A stretch of 64,000 bases of DNA, taken from NCBI RefSeq assembly GCF_006345805.1, contig NC_043000.1, positions 43,276,001 through 43,340,000 on the forward strand, read 5' to 3'. Shown here piece after piece: positions 12,291 through 26,411 of this stretch. The notes below the pieces were generated by a model. That model was given only the letters and a program-made list of their open reading frames with translations. It made no database searches and was not told the DNA's origin. The first letter of the stretch is position 1, and each line of letters starts with the position of its first letter. The position numbers and the translations under genes were made by a program. The DNA comes from Octopus sinensis (lineage: Eukaryota).

Positions 12291-15200
12291 TGTGAGTGTG
12301 TGAATTATGTTATGAAAAAACTAATACAGAGATTGACTGACTCATTATACTACAATTATACTCTCAAATATCAACATCATTGTAATGCAACAACGGTGCA
12401 CATGTAATAACTACAAAAGACTCAACAGCAGTCTATTTAATAGTAACATTGAATATTGAATAAAAAATCACACATCACAATATTTGTACCACGTAGCAAC
12501 TTATGTAATGAATACGATATTAAATAAGTATGTGTCTTAGAGCAAAACGTTTGTTAACTTCAAAGAAAAATAAAGTTTTACTCAATGTCGCAAAGACGGT
12601 ATTCAGCAGTCGGGGTTCTCTTACTTCAGTGTGACTTTTGCATCGTCTATTACATTAGAAACTCTCCCTCGGGCATTTCCTCAAGTATTATAGTACTATA
12701 ACATTTGATTGGGTACCAATTTTATAAAGGTGTTTTATCTTATTTATATGGTTTCTACTTGGAATAGATAATAAATATATTTTAGTTCATGAGTAGGAAT
12801 CTATATTAATAAACCCGTTACTTATGACTCAATTATAAGTATTATCACTATACATAAATCCTAACTCAAGCTACATAAACGCCGTAGTGAAAACATATAC
12901 GTCAAGACTCTTAAATGGACATGTTGAACGTGCATATATGTTGAAGATAACTCAGTTCGTGTTCTTTTTTACCGCTTTTAAAACCGTGTCATAGTTGCAG
13001 AAATATATTTCATCAACAGGTTGAAAAACGTGAAGAAAGAGAAAATATTTACTATATTAGTCTATTTACGTAAATTTAATATTTACAGCACACTTAGAAG
13101 GAAAGCAATTTGTCGTACAGAGTTACGACATGAAATTTATACTAGTTAATTCTTTCATACTAAACTACTAGATTTTACTCAACAATTCAAATAAGTCTTG
13201 TTGGATTTAAGTAATAGGCATGGCACAAACATAGACACAGTGAGTGTCGTGAAGATGAGTGACAACCAACGGACACTGATTAATGTCCCAAAAATCAGGG
13301 CTTCTATAACTGCTCATACCTGAATTCTAAGAACCGTATTTCGTGAAATATTTCTCTTTGACGAAAGTTTAGAATTCAAATACGGGCAGTAATTTTAACC
13401 AATGGGAAACCAACAATTATACTTGTTTGGGCAACATGACCAATACGTCATATTACCGCCGTTTACGACTTGCTTGCTACAGTACAGTGTGTACCTACTA
13501 GTTATGCTGGCGAAACTAGATACCAATGTCAATTAAATTCCGGCTTGAAATTACGCCCAACGCTATAGACAAATGTACAGAATGTAAACAACACTACATT
13601 CACTACATTAGTTTGTTTCCACGGAGAAAATTTCTTGAAATGCTCTTGTAATTCAATTTTCAATAAAGCTATTTCTTTGTCGTTTGTGCAAGTATTTCCC
13701 TCGTTCATGTTCTATTTTCTTTTTTTATTCTATTTGATCCTTCTCATTGTGGACATTCATTGATCAGCTCTGATACGTGTCTTCTTGTTCTTTTGGCTGT
13801 TAAGTAAGTGAATGAGAAATACTCTTTTTGTACATGTGTATATGTTTAGAAGGGAATTCTTGTGTCATTATAAACATTTCAGCTCATTGTCATAATGATT
13901 TTAGTCCTTCCAACCTTTGTTTTTCGTTCTCATTTGATGTAACGGTCTTTCTGTTTCCTGGTGATGGTCTCTTTACTATATTTACTATTTGCCGAGGTTT
14001 ATTATATTGTGTGGTCATCGCGTTGTATATCTGTCTTTTCTTCGTATAGTCTTGTGCATTTAAGCGTGTTGAGATGCGTTGTCATATTTTTTGTTTGGAA
14101 TGTGAGGCTGCATAAATAAGTGAAGACCGCTGTTTGGTTTTGGATTCCTTAGGAATGTTTTGCTTTCTAATTTTAGAACTTGTCAATAATATACGTGTGT
14201 ACACGTGCAAAGTCATATTTCTCGTACCCATTTTATTTTCCCGCAGGTTATGCATTTCTTTTATCATTATCGCGTGTGTTGGAAATAATGTTGACTTGTA
14301 ATAAGAATATGACATGCAATTTGGATTTCATTTTGGATGTTGCCTGTATGAATCGAGTCTATCTGTTCGGAGTTATCCTGTTTCAGAAGATACTACTTTC
14401 CAAGTACGTATTACATTCCATCTTTCGCATCGAAGGAGCAGTAGACTCCTTAAATGATTATTTTTGCTATTGTTGCTGTTCTTGTTGTAACGGTTACTAA
14501 TTAACATAAAGGAATGGGAGATGACTAATCTAAATCATTCAATATTTCGTTTTATTGATGAATATTATCAAGCTGAACCTTCCTTGAAACGATTTTACCT
14601 TGCAAAACAGAGATGAAAATAAAATATAGACTAACGATCTTCAGCCAAATTCCACCAATAAATCATAACAGATCTGAGACTATCAAAGGAGAAATAAATG
14701 AAAAATAAACCAGAATATTATGACAGAATTGCAGACCTCTCAATTAACTTGTATGTCTATGCTGAACTGAATATGATTGCGTTACTTATTTTTAAGTGGA
14801 GGCTTCGTAATGAGTTTCTTGGGCTTTTGCTTTCATTTCTACTTTTGTTATTTGTTCTTCTTTTATACATTATGTAGTGTTATGTGAAACCTCATTGCTC
14901 TGAACATCGATTCAAGTATACCGCTGTGTCCGTACTTACATTTGTTTTCTTGAACAAGATTGTCTTATCCTAAGTGCTTTCCAATTATGGCAGGTTGGAA
15001 TTTGCCTGATCTCTCTGTAGCTAAAACGAGCATGTATGTAGAAGTTCTATATGCTTTGACTTTATGAAGATGAAAGTGGGTCTTAGTACTGATTTGGCAT
15101 AAGTTCAGCGAATTTTCGTGTTTACATTATCGACGGTCGCAATGCTTGTTTTATGCAGAAATAGCAATCGTATACACTGATCGTTAATATTACCTCTTTA

Positions 15201-15678
15201 GCAGACCTTATTGTGCAAGTCATCTATTTCTTATACGACCGCTGCTTTAAATTCTCATTAAATTCTCATTTATCACATTTGCCTATTGTTGGTCTGAATC
15301 TCTTTATTTTTCTTATTTTCCAGTCTTCTTCAATTTGTATTGCTAATGATGCTGTTGCTCTTGTTGTTAACATTTATTGTCAATGTTTTCTTTGCCGCTT
15401 TGAGTACTATAGTTACAGCTGTTGTATATATTTCTTATAATTGTTCTTGGTGGTAGTTTTCTTGCTGATGTCATTCTTTTGACATTTAGAATACAGTAAA
15501 GTCGGTAAGAGCGGAATACATACCATGCAGAGTTCAGATATTTCCTACGACATTATGTTGTAAAATCCTGCACTAGGAACTCGTTTTATTTTTTTCTCTA
15601 GAATAATATACAAAATTACTCATTTCATTTACAATAATTAACTTATTATATTGTACATTATAACTACGCATTTTTAAA

Positions 15679-15868
15679 GTGGCGAGCTGGCAGAATCATT
15701 ATCACACCGTGCAAAATTCTTAGCAGTATCTCATCCGTCTTTAAATTCTGAGTTCATTTTCCGCCGAGATCGACTTTGCATTTCATCCTTTCGGGTTAGA
15801 TAAAATAAAACCAGATGAGCCCTGGGATCAATTGCATCGACTTACCCCCTCCGCTAAATTGCTGGCCA
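15679..15868 (+). mobile_element. SINE family A
   Basis: ggcgagctggcagaatc...ctgagttcattttccgccgagatcgactttgcatttcatcctttcggg. Confidence 0.9.
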
Positions 15869-17374
15869 TAATTACGTATGTTTATATTCCATCAGACCTG
15901 ACTTTACTTTAGGGTTTATAAAACCATGGAGTATGAATTACGAATTAAGCAACAGTTCTTATTCTCAGAATAATTGCACGTCTTGTAGTATAAATAATTT
16001 ATTATTACCATTCTCTCTGTAAAACAAAGATGAAAGTTCCTGAAGAATTGTTTGCTAGTTGAGCAAGGTTTACTTTGTTTTCAAGCATATGTCATCGAAG
16101 TTCCGTTAGTTATTTCTCTCTGGAAAATTAATAATGACCACTTACTTAACACTTGTCCCAAAATAAGAGATAGCTACATCTATATTTTAATATCATGGTC
16201 TCATTAGGGTCTGTGTGAGTCGTAATTGAGGTTGTTAAAACAATATCTGGATAAGTTTTGGTATTTAACAATGAAGATGCTTTTCTCCACTGGATTCCTA
16301 GTTGATTTTTTCCCATATGTCTAATTTAATTTTGACTAATTTAATAATTTTCAATTAAAAAGATGTCTAATGTGTGGTAACATTAGTAATAGCTAATCTC
16401 AATAATCTCTTTTCTTGAACAGGATTGTTCCTTATAATATATCAGTCAGGGAACTACTCCAGAAGATCGATAAGAAGCCCTGAAGAACATTTTATTTTGA
16501 ATTTTTTAGCTTGAGTGGAATTTCGTTAATTTCATATCATGTACTATTTTCCAAGATCATTTTTCATGTGACCGAGGTTTTTTAAAATCCTGTTGCATTT
16601 CTGATATTTCCAATGTCTAAGGATTGCTTTAGATTTGTATTAGTACTTCATCAAATGTAATTCTGGAGAACTGAAAAGGTAAACTCACCTTCCCGAGCCT
16701 TATTCATCTTTCTTCACATATATTTTTATATGCTCAAAAGAAAAGAAATAATTTTCTTAAATAGTATTTAAAATGTTATTGCATTTTCAATGCATTTAGA
16801 GAATCTAACTGTTTAGCTGATACTGTTTTTGTAAAGGAGTGGACATTTGTAATTTTATTCTTCTCGAAGATAAAATTGCAGTTTGTATTACTCATTGTCC
16901 TCCACTTCCATAATTGAATTATTTGCACTATACCATGCAACTTGTTCCTCAGTAGTCATTTATGATCAACGTATAGCAATTTATTATTTCAATTATGGTC
17001 TATTCTAGAAGATAATTAGTGCAATTAATGGTGCACTTGTTCATTTCGTTCATGCTTGTACTTAGCCTATTTCTAATCAACCAAACTTATGATCAAAGGT
17101 GTTCCTCTAACATGACCACTATGGTTACCACGCCTGTTTAATTTTTGTATCAAGAATAATATTAAACAATGTATCATTTAATTTTATAAAAGGATGGCCG
17201 CCCCCTAATTACTGAAATAAGTTAGATAATATATCGCTGGATCTACCTCAGGAATTCGTTGTATATATAACAAATGACAGAGACGGAAAATAGAGTATAC
17301 GGGAAACTTTATTGCTCACAATGATTGTGCATCACGGTGCATCGATCGCTCACGGGTGGGAAATTGTACAACTG

Positions 17375-17612
17375 GTTGTCGTGCATTTATCGGTGTAGAG
17401 GTGTCTCGTCAGGTGCTGTTACAAAGGTATCTCGTGAAACAAACCTTGTTTGGCTCGGTTTTAATACAGCATGTTGTTAGCTCCCAACGGCTTGAACCTA
17501 CAGTCAGTAACAACAGGCTGTATGCAATCCGAGCGAAAAAGGGCTTATTTAACAGGATGCCTTTATAACATCCCCTGACGGGACACCTTTGCACCGAGGA
17601 ATGCACTACAAC
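17375..17612. mobile_element. Foldback/MITE-like palindrome (105-bp arms, 28-nt loop)
   Basis: 17375-17479 aligns without gaps to the reverse complement of 17508-17612, with 22 mismatches by manual count. Confidence 0.8.
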
Positions 17613-18001
17613 ATGCTATTTCATGTAATTCCATTGGAAAGTATGAATTCTTTTATTAGAAGTTTTTCATTTTAAATGCCAAAGAAAAAGTGCGACAGTA
17701 TATGAAGAAGGATGTGTGTGAAAATTAGATATCAGTACTATATCTAATATATGAATAATTAATTCTCTTTCTTCATAAATATTAAATACCTGACTAAAAT
17801 GTATACCTCACCATTTCGTTGATCTACCAAAGATTGTACCACAAAACCAATAAAATTTCGCACTCTAATTTTAACCAGGGAGCCGTTAGAAAGCGGAATA
17901 TAAAGAACTTGTTTTAATGCTTTCAGCCAAAAGAAGTCATACTTTATGACGAATTTCATCAGAAAAAAACAAGAGTTTAGAACTACGTGTGATAGACATA
18001 C

Positions 18002-18111
18002 CTTCTTGTCAACGATATGAACGAATATAGAATCTATTTCCAATAACCGATAAAACCAACCTCTCTTACTCAAGACAACGAAACCGGAATAAATAGTGTA
18101 ATTTCGGTAGC
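18002..18111 (-). CDS. Candidate internal exon of an unidentified gene
   Basis: tttgttttaaacag acceptor and AAG|gtatgt donor; one open frame, YRNYTIYSGFVVLSKRGWFYRLLEIDSIFVHIVDKK. No recognised homology, could be chance. Confidence 0.2.
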
Positions 18112-19500
18112 CTGTTTAAAACAAATCGATTCGTTTTACCATGCACCAGCAAGACATGAACAATAGCAGCTGCTAGAACAAATCGAGAAACCCACCACCT
18201 TTAACGTTTTGACACTCATACACACAAACACATACAACACCGAATACACACATAGACAATTACACACAAACACACGCACACACACGAATACATACACTCA
18301 CATACAAAAACACACAGGAACACTCACCAAACACAAATTGTACATGTATGCGTGAATTCGTGTTTAATGATTTAGGATAGCACGACATATACCATATATA
18401 TTAGAATTCCATATATTACATCAAGTAAATCTCAGATAATAATATTTACCTGTTTAATGCACAACCATGTTGTATTGCATATACTGCGGATTAGTCTATA
18501 ATGCTTGGACAGATCAATATACTATATCAGTGATGCTTCAAAATAAACATTCCTACAGCCGTTTCAGTAACTCTTATGCAACTCTTTCTAATTACGGAGT
18601 ATTAGATTTCTATCATCAATGACGTTTCAACTATGACATTTCAAGAAATACAAGATCCTTTATAATTACATTGTATTATATAAAATTTATCTGAACTATT
18701 TACATGGATGACTGTTCTGAAATAACACTTTTATACACTCATATACATAGATCACACACACTCACACATACACGCGTATACACACACACATACACGCAGG
18801 CACACACACACTACAAATAGACAGGCACACACATATACAAGGGATCACATTTATTCTGTCATTAAACTTGAATGAAAAGAAAACCTGGTTTTACAATATA
18901 TATATTTCATATAGTTTATATATTATCACATAATAATTTATGATACTAAATATTGTTTGATATTATCAGCCTGTCAAAAAATTCAATTTAAGATTTCGGT
19001 CCATCTCAAGCTCAAACGTTTGCTGAAGGCCAATATATAACCTCTCATGAACATCCAATGGGAAAAGGAAAATCTAATGTTAAATACAAATTTAAAATCT
19101 CATCCAATCTCACATCTAAGGAAGAGATATTATAAATATGAATAATTAAAATGTGATATATGGTCCTATAATTAGTATCATGGAGATCCTTCATTTTTGC
19201 CGTAATAATTGTTGGGGATTTCATTGCTTAGCTTGAAGTTAGTCCTAAGGAAATGCCTTTTTGCCCCACTATAATCTTATATACCGTTCAAAAGTATATG
19301 TAGAACAATAACAACCAAAGTATCCACAGAAAAATTCTAATCAGCATAAACTGGAAAATGTATTATTGTATTGTCGCTTTATTTTTACATTAATATTGCT
19401 GTGAATTATGTAAATATATGCTATCTTCTTACAGCTTAGTCAACTGAGTAAATTGTAGAATCCCTATTCATTTCACATCCAGAGAACTACAGACAGCGCT

Positions 19501-20085
19501 TCTATATCTACATGTGTGGGAAATTCTTTCTGTGGATGTGTTTGTGGAGTTGTTAACTGACTCCTCCTACATCGTTTATCGATTTTGATAAAACTTGACA
19601 CGTGAGTAGAACTCATGTGTGTAAACCACATGATTATTGAAAAAATCGATAATAGGGCCCATGGAAAGGAGCTTTATATATGCATATATATAAACAATAT
19701 ATTTTATTTTAAGAGCCAAGGGAAATAACCCATTCGCCTCGGGAAGGGATCCTTATATATAGCCAAGGGAAATAAAGCATTCAGTTTCCTAAATTATTTG
19801 GAATAAGTGAAATTGAGTATGCTTATTAGTTAGCATTTGAACTGTTAATGTTATTTTCACGATTTATCCAGTACAACCCTTAAACAAGTTAATAGTATTT
19901 TTCTAAACAATAGATCCACATATTTCGGTGAATGACTTATTCACGTATACAACAGTACTAGCGCCGCTGAGAGTAATATTCTCAGGAACGCGCAAAAGTC
20001 CTTTTCAGAATTATTTATTTGAATTGTTTTTTGTCTCATATCTGATTATCCTGTTATTACGTAACATGCTTTATGTATTCTAGTT
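19501..20085 (-). mobile_element. Non-autonomous Helitron/Helentron (HINE/DINE-1-like) element, copy 1
   Basis: Inverted homologue of 23652-24230: actag 5' end, tgtcaagttttatcaaaatcgataaa motif and ggagtc/aactcc 3' hairpin. Confidence 0.6.
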
Positions 20086-20834
20086 TATATACCTTATTAA
20101 TATTTCCTCCTATGTTCTTTATACTCTGGGAAAGCAATAAAGCCTTCTCGGGGCTACTTTCTTTGAATACTTACTATCGGGTAACTAATTTCATGTTGAT
20201 ACATAACTGACTTCACCATTTGAGTATTCAAAACTTATTGGGAATTCCTAAAAACAAGATTCTGTGTAAGACAGTTCGGCATTCTCTGTAAATACACAAA
20301 AACGGTTTAAGGGTTACATTCTTTGTATTGGTGTTATTGGATTAACGAAACAACTATGAGAACGGAACCAAGGGATAAGCCTCGCTTTTCCGGGAATTAC
20401 CGGGTACGTCAGATAGTCTGTCATATACAGTTCGTACTTACTAACAGTTTGCATAATATCAAGTGATAAATAATATCAGTAAACGTAGCTGACATGTTGA
20501 AATTACAGTAAGTTATCTTAGACAAGACTATAGAATATTTATTCAACCAAATGTTTGTATGCTACCAAAATCAATTGAACACGCAGTATCAAGTTATGTA
20601 AAGCTATCGCAAAGCAGTGATATAAAAGTAAATAAATATACATATGCGCGCGCGCACACACGCAGTCACGAACACACACACAAACACACTCGCACACTCA
20701 CGTTCATACTCACACATATATGTATGTCTGCATTTGTGTCGGAAAACAAAATTTATGCATATAACTTAATTATCAAGATCCCAAATTATGTTTACTAAAA
20801 GCACACATCAGTATGTTCAACTTATAGTTATTTA

Positions 20835-20889
<55 letters not shown>

Positions 20890-20932
20890 GTATATATATA
20901 TATGTATATATGTATATATATGTATATATATG

Positions 20933-20963
<31 letters not shown>

Positions 20964-21023
20964 GTATATATATATATATATATACATATACATACACACA
21001 AACACATATATATGTCTAATATA

Positions 21024-23224
21024 TCATCATCATCATTGTTTCACGTCCGCTTTCCATGCTAGCATGGGTTGGACGATTTGACTGAAGTCTGGCGAACCGG
21101 ATGGCTGCACCAGGCTCTAATGTGATGTGGCAGAGTTTCTACAGCTAGATGCCCTTCCTAACCCTAACCACTCCGAGAGTGTAGTGGGTGCTTTTACGTG
21201 CCACCGGCACGAGGGGCAGTCAGGCGACTCTGGCAGCGGTCACGCTCAAATGGTTCATTTTATGTGCCACCTGCATAGAAGCCAGTCTAGCAGAACTGGC
21301 AACGACTTCGCTCGAATGTTTTTTCACGTGCCACCAGCACAAGTGCCAGTAAGGCGACGCAGGTAACGATCACGCTCGAATGGTGCTTTTTACGTGCAAT
21401 CGGCACGGAAGCCTGTTTGTTGCTCTGGCAACGATCACGCTCGGATGGTGCTCTTAGCGCTCCACTAGCACGGATGCCAGTCATCGAATTTGATTTCAAT
21501 TTCTATTTCACTTGCCTCAACAGGTCTTCGCAAGCAGAGTTTAGTGTCCAATAAAGGAAAAGTACGCATAAGTGGGCTGATTACCTCCCTGGCATAGGCC
21601 ACGAGGTTATGGGCTCACTTGGCTTGCCGAGTCTTCTCAAGCACAGCATGTCTCCAAAGGTCCCGGTCACTAGTCATTGCCTCGGTGAGGCCCAATGTTC
21701 GAAGGTCATGCTTAACCACCTCATCCCAGGTCTTCCTGAGTCTACCTCTTCCACAGGATCCCTAAACCGCTAATGCATGGCACCTTTTCACTCAGCTATC
21801 CACATCCATTCTCGCCTCATCGCCATAGCAGCGCAGTCGTTCCTCTTGCACACCACACCTGGTGCTTCATAGGTCCAACTTTTCTCTGGTCCAAATTTAC
21901 ACTCTGTCGAGTATGCACACTGACATTACACATTCATAGGAGCATACTGGATTCATTCCTTGCGAACTTACGCATGTCCTCAGCAGTCACGGCCCGTGTT
22001 TCACTGCCATGTAGCATGGCTGTTCGTACATAAGCGTCATACAGTATACATTTTACTCTGAGCGAGCGGCCCTTTGTCACCAGCAGATGTAAGAGCTCTC
22101 TGAATTTTGCCCGGGTTACTCTTATTCTAGTAGCTAAACTTTCAGTGCACCCTCCCCCGCTACTGACTTGGTCACCTAGGTAACGGAAGCTATCAACTAC
22201 GTCTAGTTTTTCTCCCTGGAATGTGACGGAAGTTGTTCTCTGCACATTTTCAGTGTTTATTGCTCCTGAGCATCTGGCACATACAAAATCTATCTCCACA
22301 ATTAACTTTCCTTTGATATTGCTGCACCTCTTACGTGTCCATAGCTTATACTGCGTACATCTTATAGAGTTTCTACCTACTCCTTTTCCACAGATCGAGC
22401 AGGGCCAACAACCTGAAGCGATTTGTGATTTGCCTGCCTTCCTACTTATTAGGACTTTGGTTTTAGCTAGGTTGACTCTAAGGCCCTTCGATTCTAATCC
22501 TTATTTCCACACTTGACACTTATCTCTTCTAGTACTCTTAGTGACTCAACAATTACAGCAAGGTCGTCAGCATAGAGGAGCTACCAGGGGCATCTTGTCT
22601 TGAATTCCTCTGTTATTTCCTCGAGGACTACGACAAATAAAAGGAGGCTAAGGACTGAACCTTGGTGGAATTCTTCACTGTACTTGTTGCCAACCCTCAC
22701 CTTACTGACAGCGTCCCTGTACATGGCTTGCACAGCTCTCACTAACCATTCATCTATCCCTAGTTTCCTCATTGACCACCAGATAAGGTATTAGGCGACC
22801 CTGTCAAGGCTTTCTCCATGTCAACGAAAGCCTAGTACAGAAGTTTATCTTTGGCTAGTTATTTCTCCTGCAGCTGTCTTATCAGAAATATATCATCACC
22901 TGACTCTCTCTCTAATTAGTTGGGCTATGACCCTCTCCGTGATCTTCGTTAACTGATCCAACAACTTGATACTTCTGTGATTATTTGTATCTAAATCTTC
23001 CCCTTTACCTTTGTAGCAGTTGACTATTATGCTGCTACACCAGTCATTGGGTATGACTCCTTCGTGTATCACCTGGTTAACTATACGGGTGACTAGGCTA
23101 TAACCGACACTGCCAAATATTTTGAGCATCTCTGCAGTGATACCTGATGGGCCAGGTACATCCCCTGTCTTCAGACTCTTAATTGCTTTATCTACCAAGG
23201 TTCTGTCACTGTAAACTCGGATAG
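21024..23224 (-). mobile_element. RTE-clade LINE, 5'-truncated, disrupted RT
   Basis: GPSGITAEMLK...WCSSIIVNCYKGKG...RSIKLL; AFVDMEKA; HQGSVLSLLLF...ELLYADDL; FRYLGDQVSSGGG...AMLHGSET. The 3' UTR ends in a (TGA)n tail at 21024-21036. Confidence 0.93.
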
Positions 23225-23256
<32 letters not shown>

Positions 23257-23260
<4 letters not shown>

Positions 23261-23626
23261 GTAGATAATGTTCGTCCTTCGGTTCGAAGATGACCAACTG
23301 ACATCATCTGATGGAACAGACGCCATGAGACCGGAGGTGGCTGGTGAGGCCAATCCGGGCAAGGAAGCCCCTCCCACAGGTGGGGCAGAAGTGGGTAGGG
23401 GCCGTGCTACTGGTGCAGGCGGCTCTGGCTTTACGCATCTGACGTTTCTGCTCCGCTGACCGAATCCGTCCCTCCTCGGCTGTCCCTGCTCCCACGGTGA
23501 TTGCGCTGCGCCAGGATGAGTGGTTGGCAGCAAGTGTCTCCCAGGTCTCTGTTCCGATGGAGAAGTCTTTGAAAGAGACCTTGAGACTATCCTTGTAGCG
23601 CTTCTTCTGCCCTCCGACTTTGCGCC
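23257..23626 (-). mobile_element. Second RTE (BovB-like) LINE 3' fragment with a C-terminal CCHH finger
   Basis: RKVGGQKKRYKDSLK...TWETLAANHSSWRSAI...CPTCGRGFLARIGLTSHLRSH. The 3' end reads gtcatcttcgaaccgaaggacgaac; (TA)n lies on both sides. Confidence 0.88.
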
Positions 23627-23651
23627 TATATATATATAGTAGATATATATA

Positions 23652-24230
23652 TACTAGCTGACATACCCGGTAGTGAAGTCCGTTATGTAATAACATGAAA
23701 TTAGTTGCCTGATAGTGAGTATGCAAATAATGTAGCCACGAAAAGGGCTTCTGTGCGTTCCCAGAGAATATTACCCTCCTGCGGCGCTAGCGTTGGTATA
23801 TTCGTGAATAAGTCACTAACCGAAATAAGTGGATATATTGTTTAGGAAAATACTATTGTTTAAGCGTTGTACCGAATAAATTGCGAAAATAACTCTAACA
23901 ATTCAATTGCTTGGAAATAAGCACACTCAATTCGATTTGTAAGAAATGATTTAGGAAAATGAAAGGATTATTTCCCTTGGCTGTTAAAATCTGGGTTAAT
24001 TGGTTATTTCACTTGGCTGCTAAAATGAAATATATTAGATATATATAAGCATTGCTTCTATGGGCCCTGTAGTCGACTTTTTCAAGAATCCCAGAATGCC
24101 ATGAGATTTCCAGACATGAATTCTACCCACGTGTCAAGTTTCATCAAAATCGATAAAACAATGTAGGAGGAGTTAGTTAACAACTCCACAAACGCACCCA
24201 TAGAGAGAATTTTCCAAATATGTAGTAGCT
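23652..24230 (+). mobile_element. Non-autonomous Helitron/Helentron (HINE/DINE-1-like) element, copy 2
   Basis: 5' tactagctgacatacccgg; gtgtcaagtttcatcaaaatcg; 3' stem-loop ggagtt(24169-74)/aactcc(24182-87); no ORF or TSD. Confidence 0.6.
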
Positions 24231-24377
24231 ATATACACACATACATTTGCATTTATATATGCGCGCGCGTGCAAGTGTATCTGTGAATATCAATGTTTTG
24301 ATAAGTATGTGTATGCATAATATAACTTGTATGTGCACTCACACACACGCATATATATATACATGTGTGTGTATGTA

Positions 24378-24408
<31 letters not shown>

Positions 24409-24542
24409 GTACACAAACACATTCATATATGCGCACATATATAAATGCTTTCGTATATTTGTTTTGTAAATTGGAATATGTCTGTATACATATAATTCTA
24501 TGTATGTTCGATCATATAGAGATAATCATATATATATATATA

Positions 24543-24577
<35 letters not shown>

Positions 24578-25176
24578 ATAGATAGATAGATAGATATAGT
24601 GATGGGCAACATAGCGATAGATAGATATATATACTCGCACACACATATGTGTGTATGTATGTATATATGTGTATGCGCAAGAATGAAGTGAACAACATTT
24701 TCGTGCAACGTGAGTGATATTTCTTGTGATAAGCAGACGATAACTTTCTCATCGTACGCTATTTTGCTTGGTTTCCCACTCACGAGAGAGCTGGTTTATT
24801 CACATTTCTTTGTTTATTGTATTATGTCAGAACACACTAAAACAATTTTTATGTGGTCATAAGAATTTAGAACCTGCGAGAACGGGAAATAAGTCTCTCT
24901 ATGGACAGTGAAGTCAAAACAAATAAAGCTATAAATAACGGCGTGTAATAACAGCTGTAGCAGCCGTAACAGATATAGAAAGTCGAACGAAAATAGAGAA
25001 ATCCAAAGTATTGCTTTGATCCAACTGTATATACCTGTCAGGTATATAGGAGATATAGATTTGCCTTACCCGCGCTGGGCTTCTATTCCCAAGGACTTTC
25101 AACCCATTATTTACATAGCTATTTTGAGACTTTATTTCCTCTAAAAATAGTGTTTTATATACATTTAAAAAAAAAA

Positions 25177-25405
25177 GGCGGCGAGCTGGCAGAAACGTTA
25201 GCGCGCCGGGCGAAATGCTTAGCGGTGTTTCGTTTGTCGTTACGTTCTGAGTTCAAATTCCGCCGAAGTCGACTTTGCATTTCATCCTTTCGGGGTCGAT
25301 AAATAAAGTATCAGTTTCGCACTGGGATCGATGTAATCGACTTAATCCCTTTGTCTGTCCTTGTTTGTTCCCTCCATGTTTAGCCCCTTGTGGGCAATAA
25401 AGAAA
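25177..25405 (+). mobile_element. SINE family A, near full length
   Basis: ggcggcgagctggcagaaacgttagc head, B-box-like gagttcaaattcc and A-rich tail. Confidence 0.93.
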
Positions 25406-26289
25406 AATATACATTTTTTAAAAATATAAAATTATTGACTTAAAACAATGAATTTTGTGCGTATCAATTTGTTTTATTGTTCTACTTATGTTGGCATTGT
25501 AGTTTCTCCAGTGCAATTTTAACTGAATGTTGCGCCATCGGATTTTCTTTTAGCTTGTGGTAAAGTTAGATTAGTGTTTGACCTTAAGTTATTTCAATTT
25601 TTTTTTTCTTGCAGAAAATTTGGCTTAAGAAATAGGAAGTCATATATGGAGAACAAAATACACTTTCCTCTCCCGACCACTCTGTCACTAAATTTAGTTA
25701 TCTATATGTTGATACTCATCAATATCTAAGTATTTACATATGACTAACCGCCGCTTAACCAGCTCGGTTTTGTCTTGTACTTTTGTCGAGGTAAACATTT
25801 ATCAGAGCTATACTTAATGGCATTCAACAATATAACTATTTTCTTATCTATGACTGCAGTATTCGCCCCATCGTTTCCTTTGTTGAAATAAATGCGCGTT
25901 GAATCGAGGGATAACCTAAGTTGTTTTCATTCAATTGCTTCTCTATTTATCATGTATTTGTGAGAGCATGCACCATGTGCCGTAATATACGGATTGAGTA
26001 TCCAGAAAAAAATCGAGGTTAAACACTTGTTGAATATATATAACATCAACACTGTTAATACTATTAGCTTATATGAAAATATCGGTTTTTATGCAAACAA
26101 TGTCAGGAAGAAAAGCAATATCTACACTACATCCCACCGTAATGTCCTGTAATTTTATTAATGCTTGTAGGTTCCTATATTGTTGAGAGTAGATACAAAC
26201 AAACTGTCGGACCTTGACCCCAGTGGAGCACCCAACGTGTGAAAGCGGAGGAGAGTGACGGTTGCAACGGCATCCGACTGGTACTGATT

Positions 26290-26411
26290 ACATCTGATTA
26301 GACTGGATCAATGTAAATGAAGTACCTTACTCAAGAAGCAAATACATATTTAGTCCAGATATTGAACCAAGAAATCTATGATCGTGAGAAAAACACACTA
26401 ATATTTAGGCC
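26290..26411 (-). mobile_element. SINE family B, strongly decayed
   Basis: Reverse complement resembles the head of 27474-27800 (gtggcct...cacgatc...ggttcaatatc...cttgagtaag). Confidence 0.5.

Noticed and set aside
13600-17000. Purine-skewed minus-strand stretches that look like old LINE or Penelope sequence
   Set aside because: No diagnostic motif could be read with confidence; this needs a profile-HMM search.
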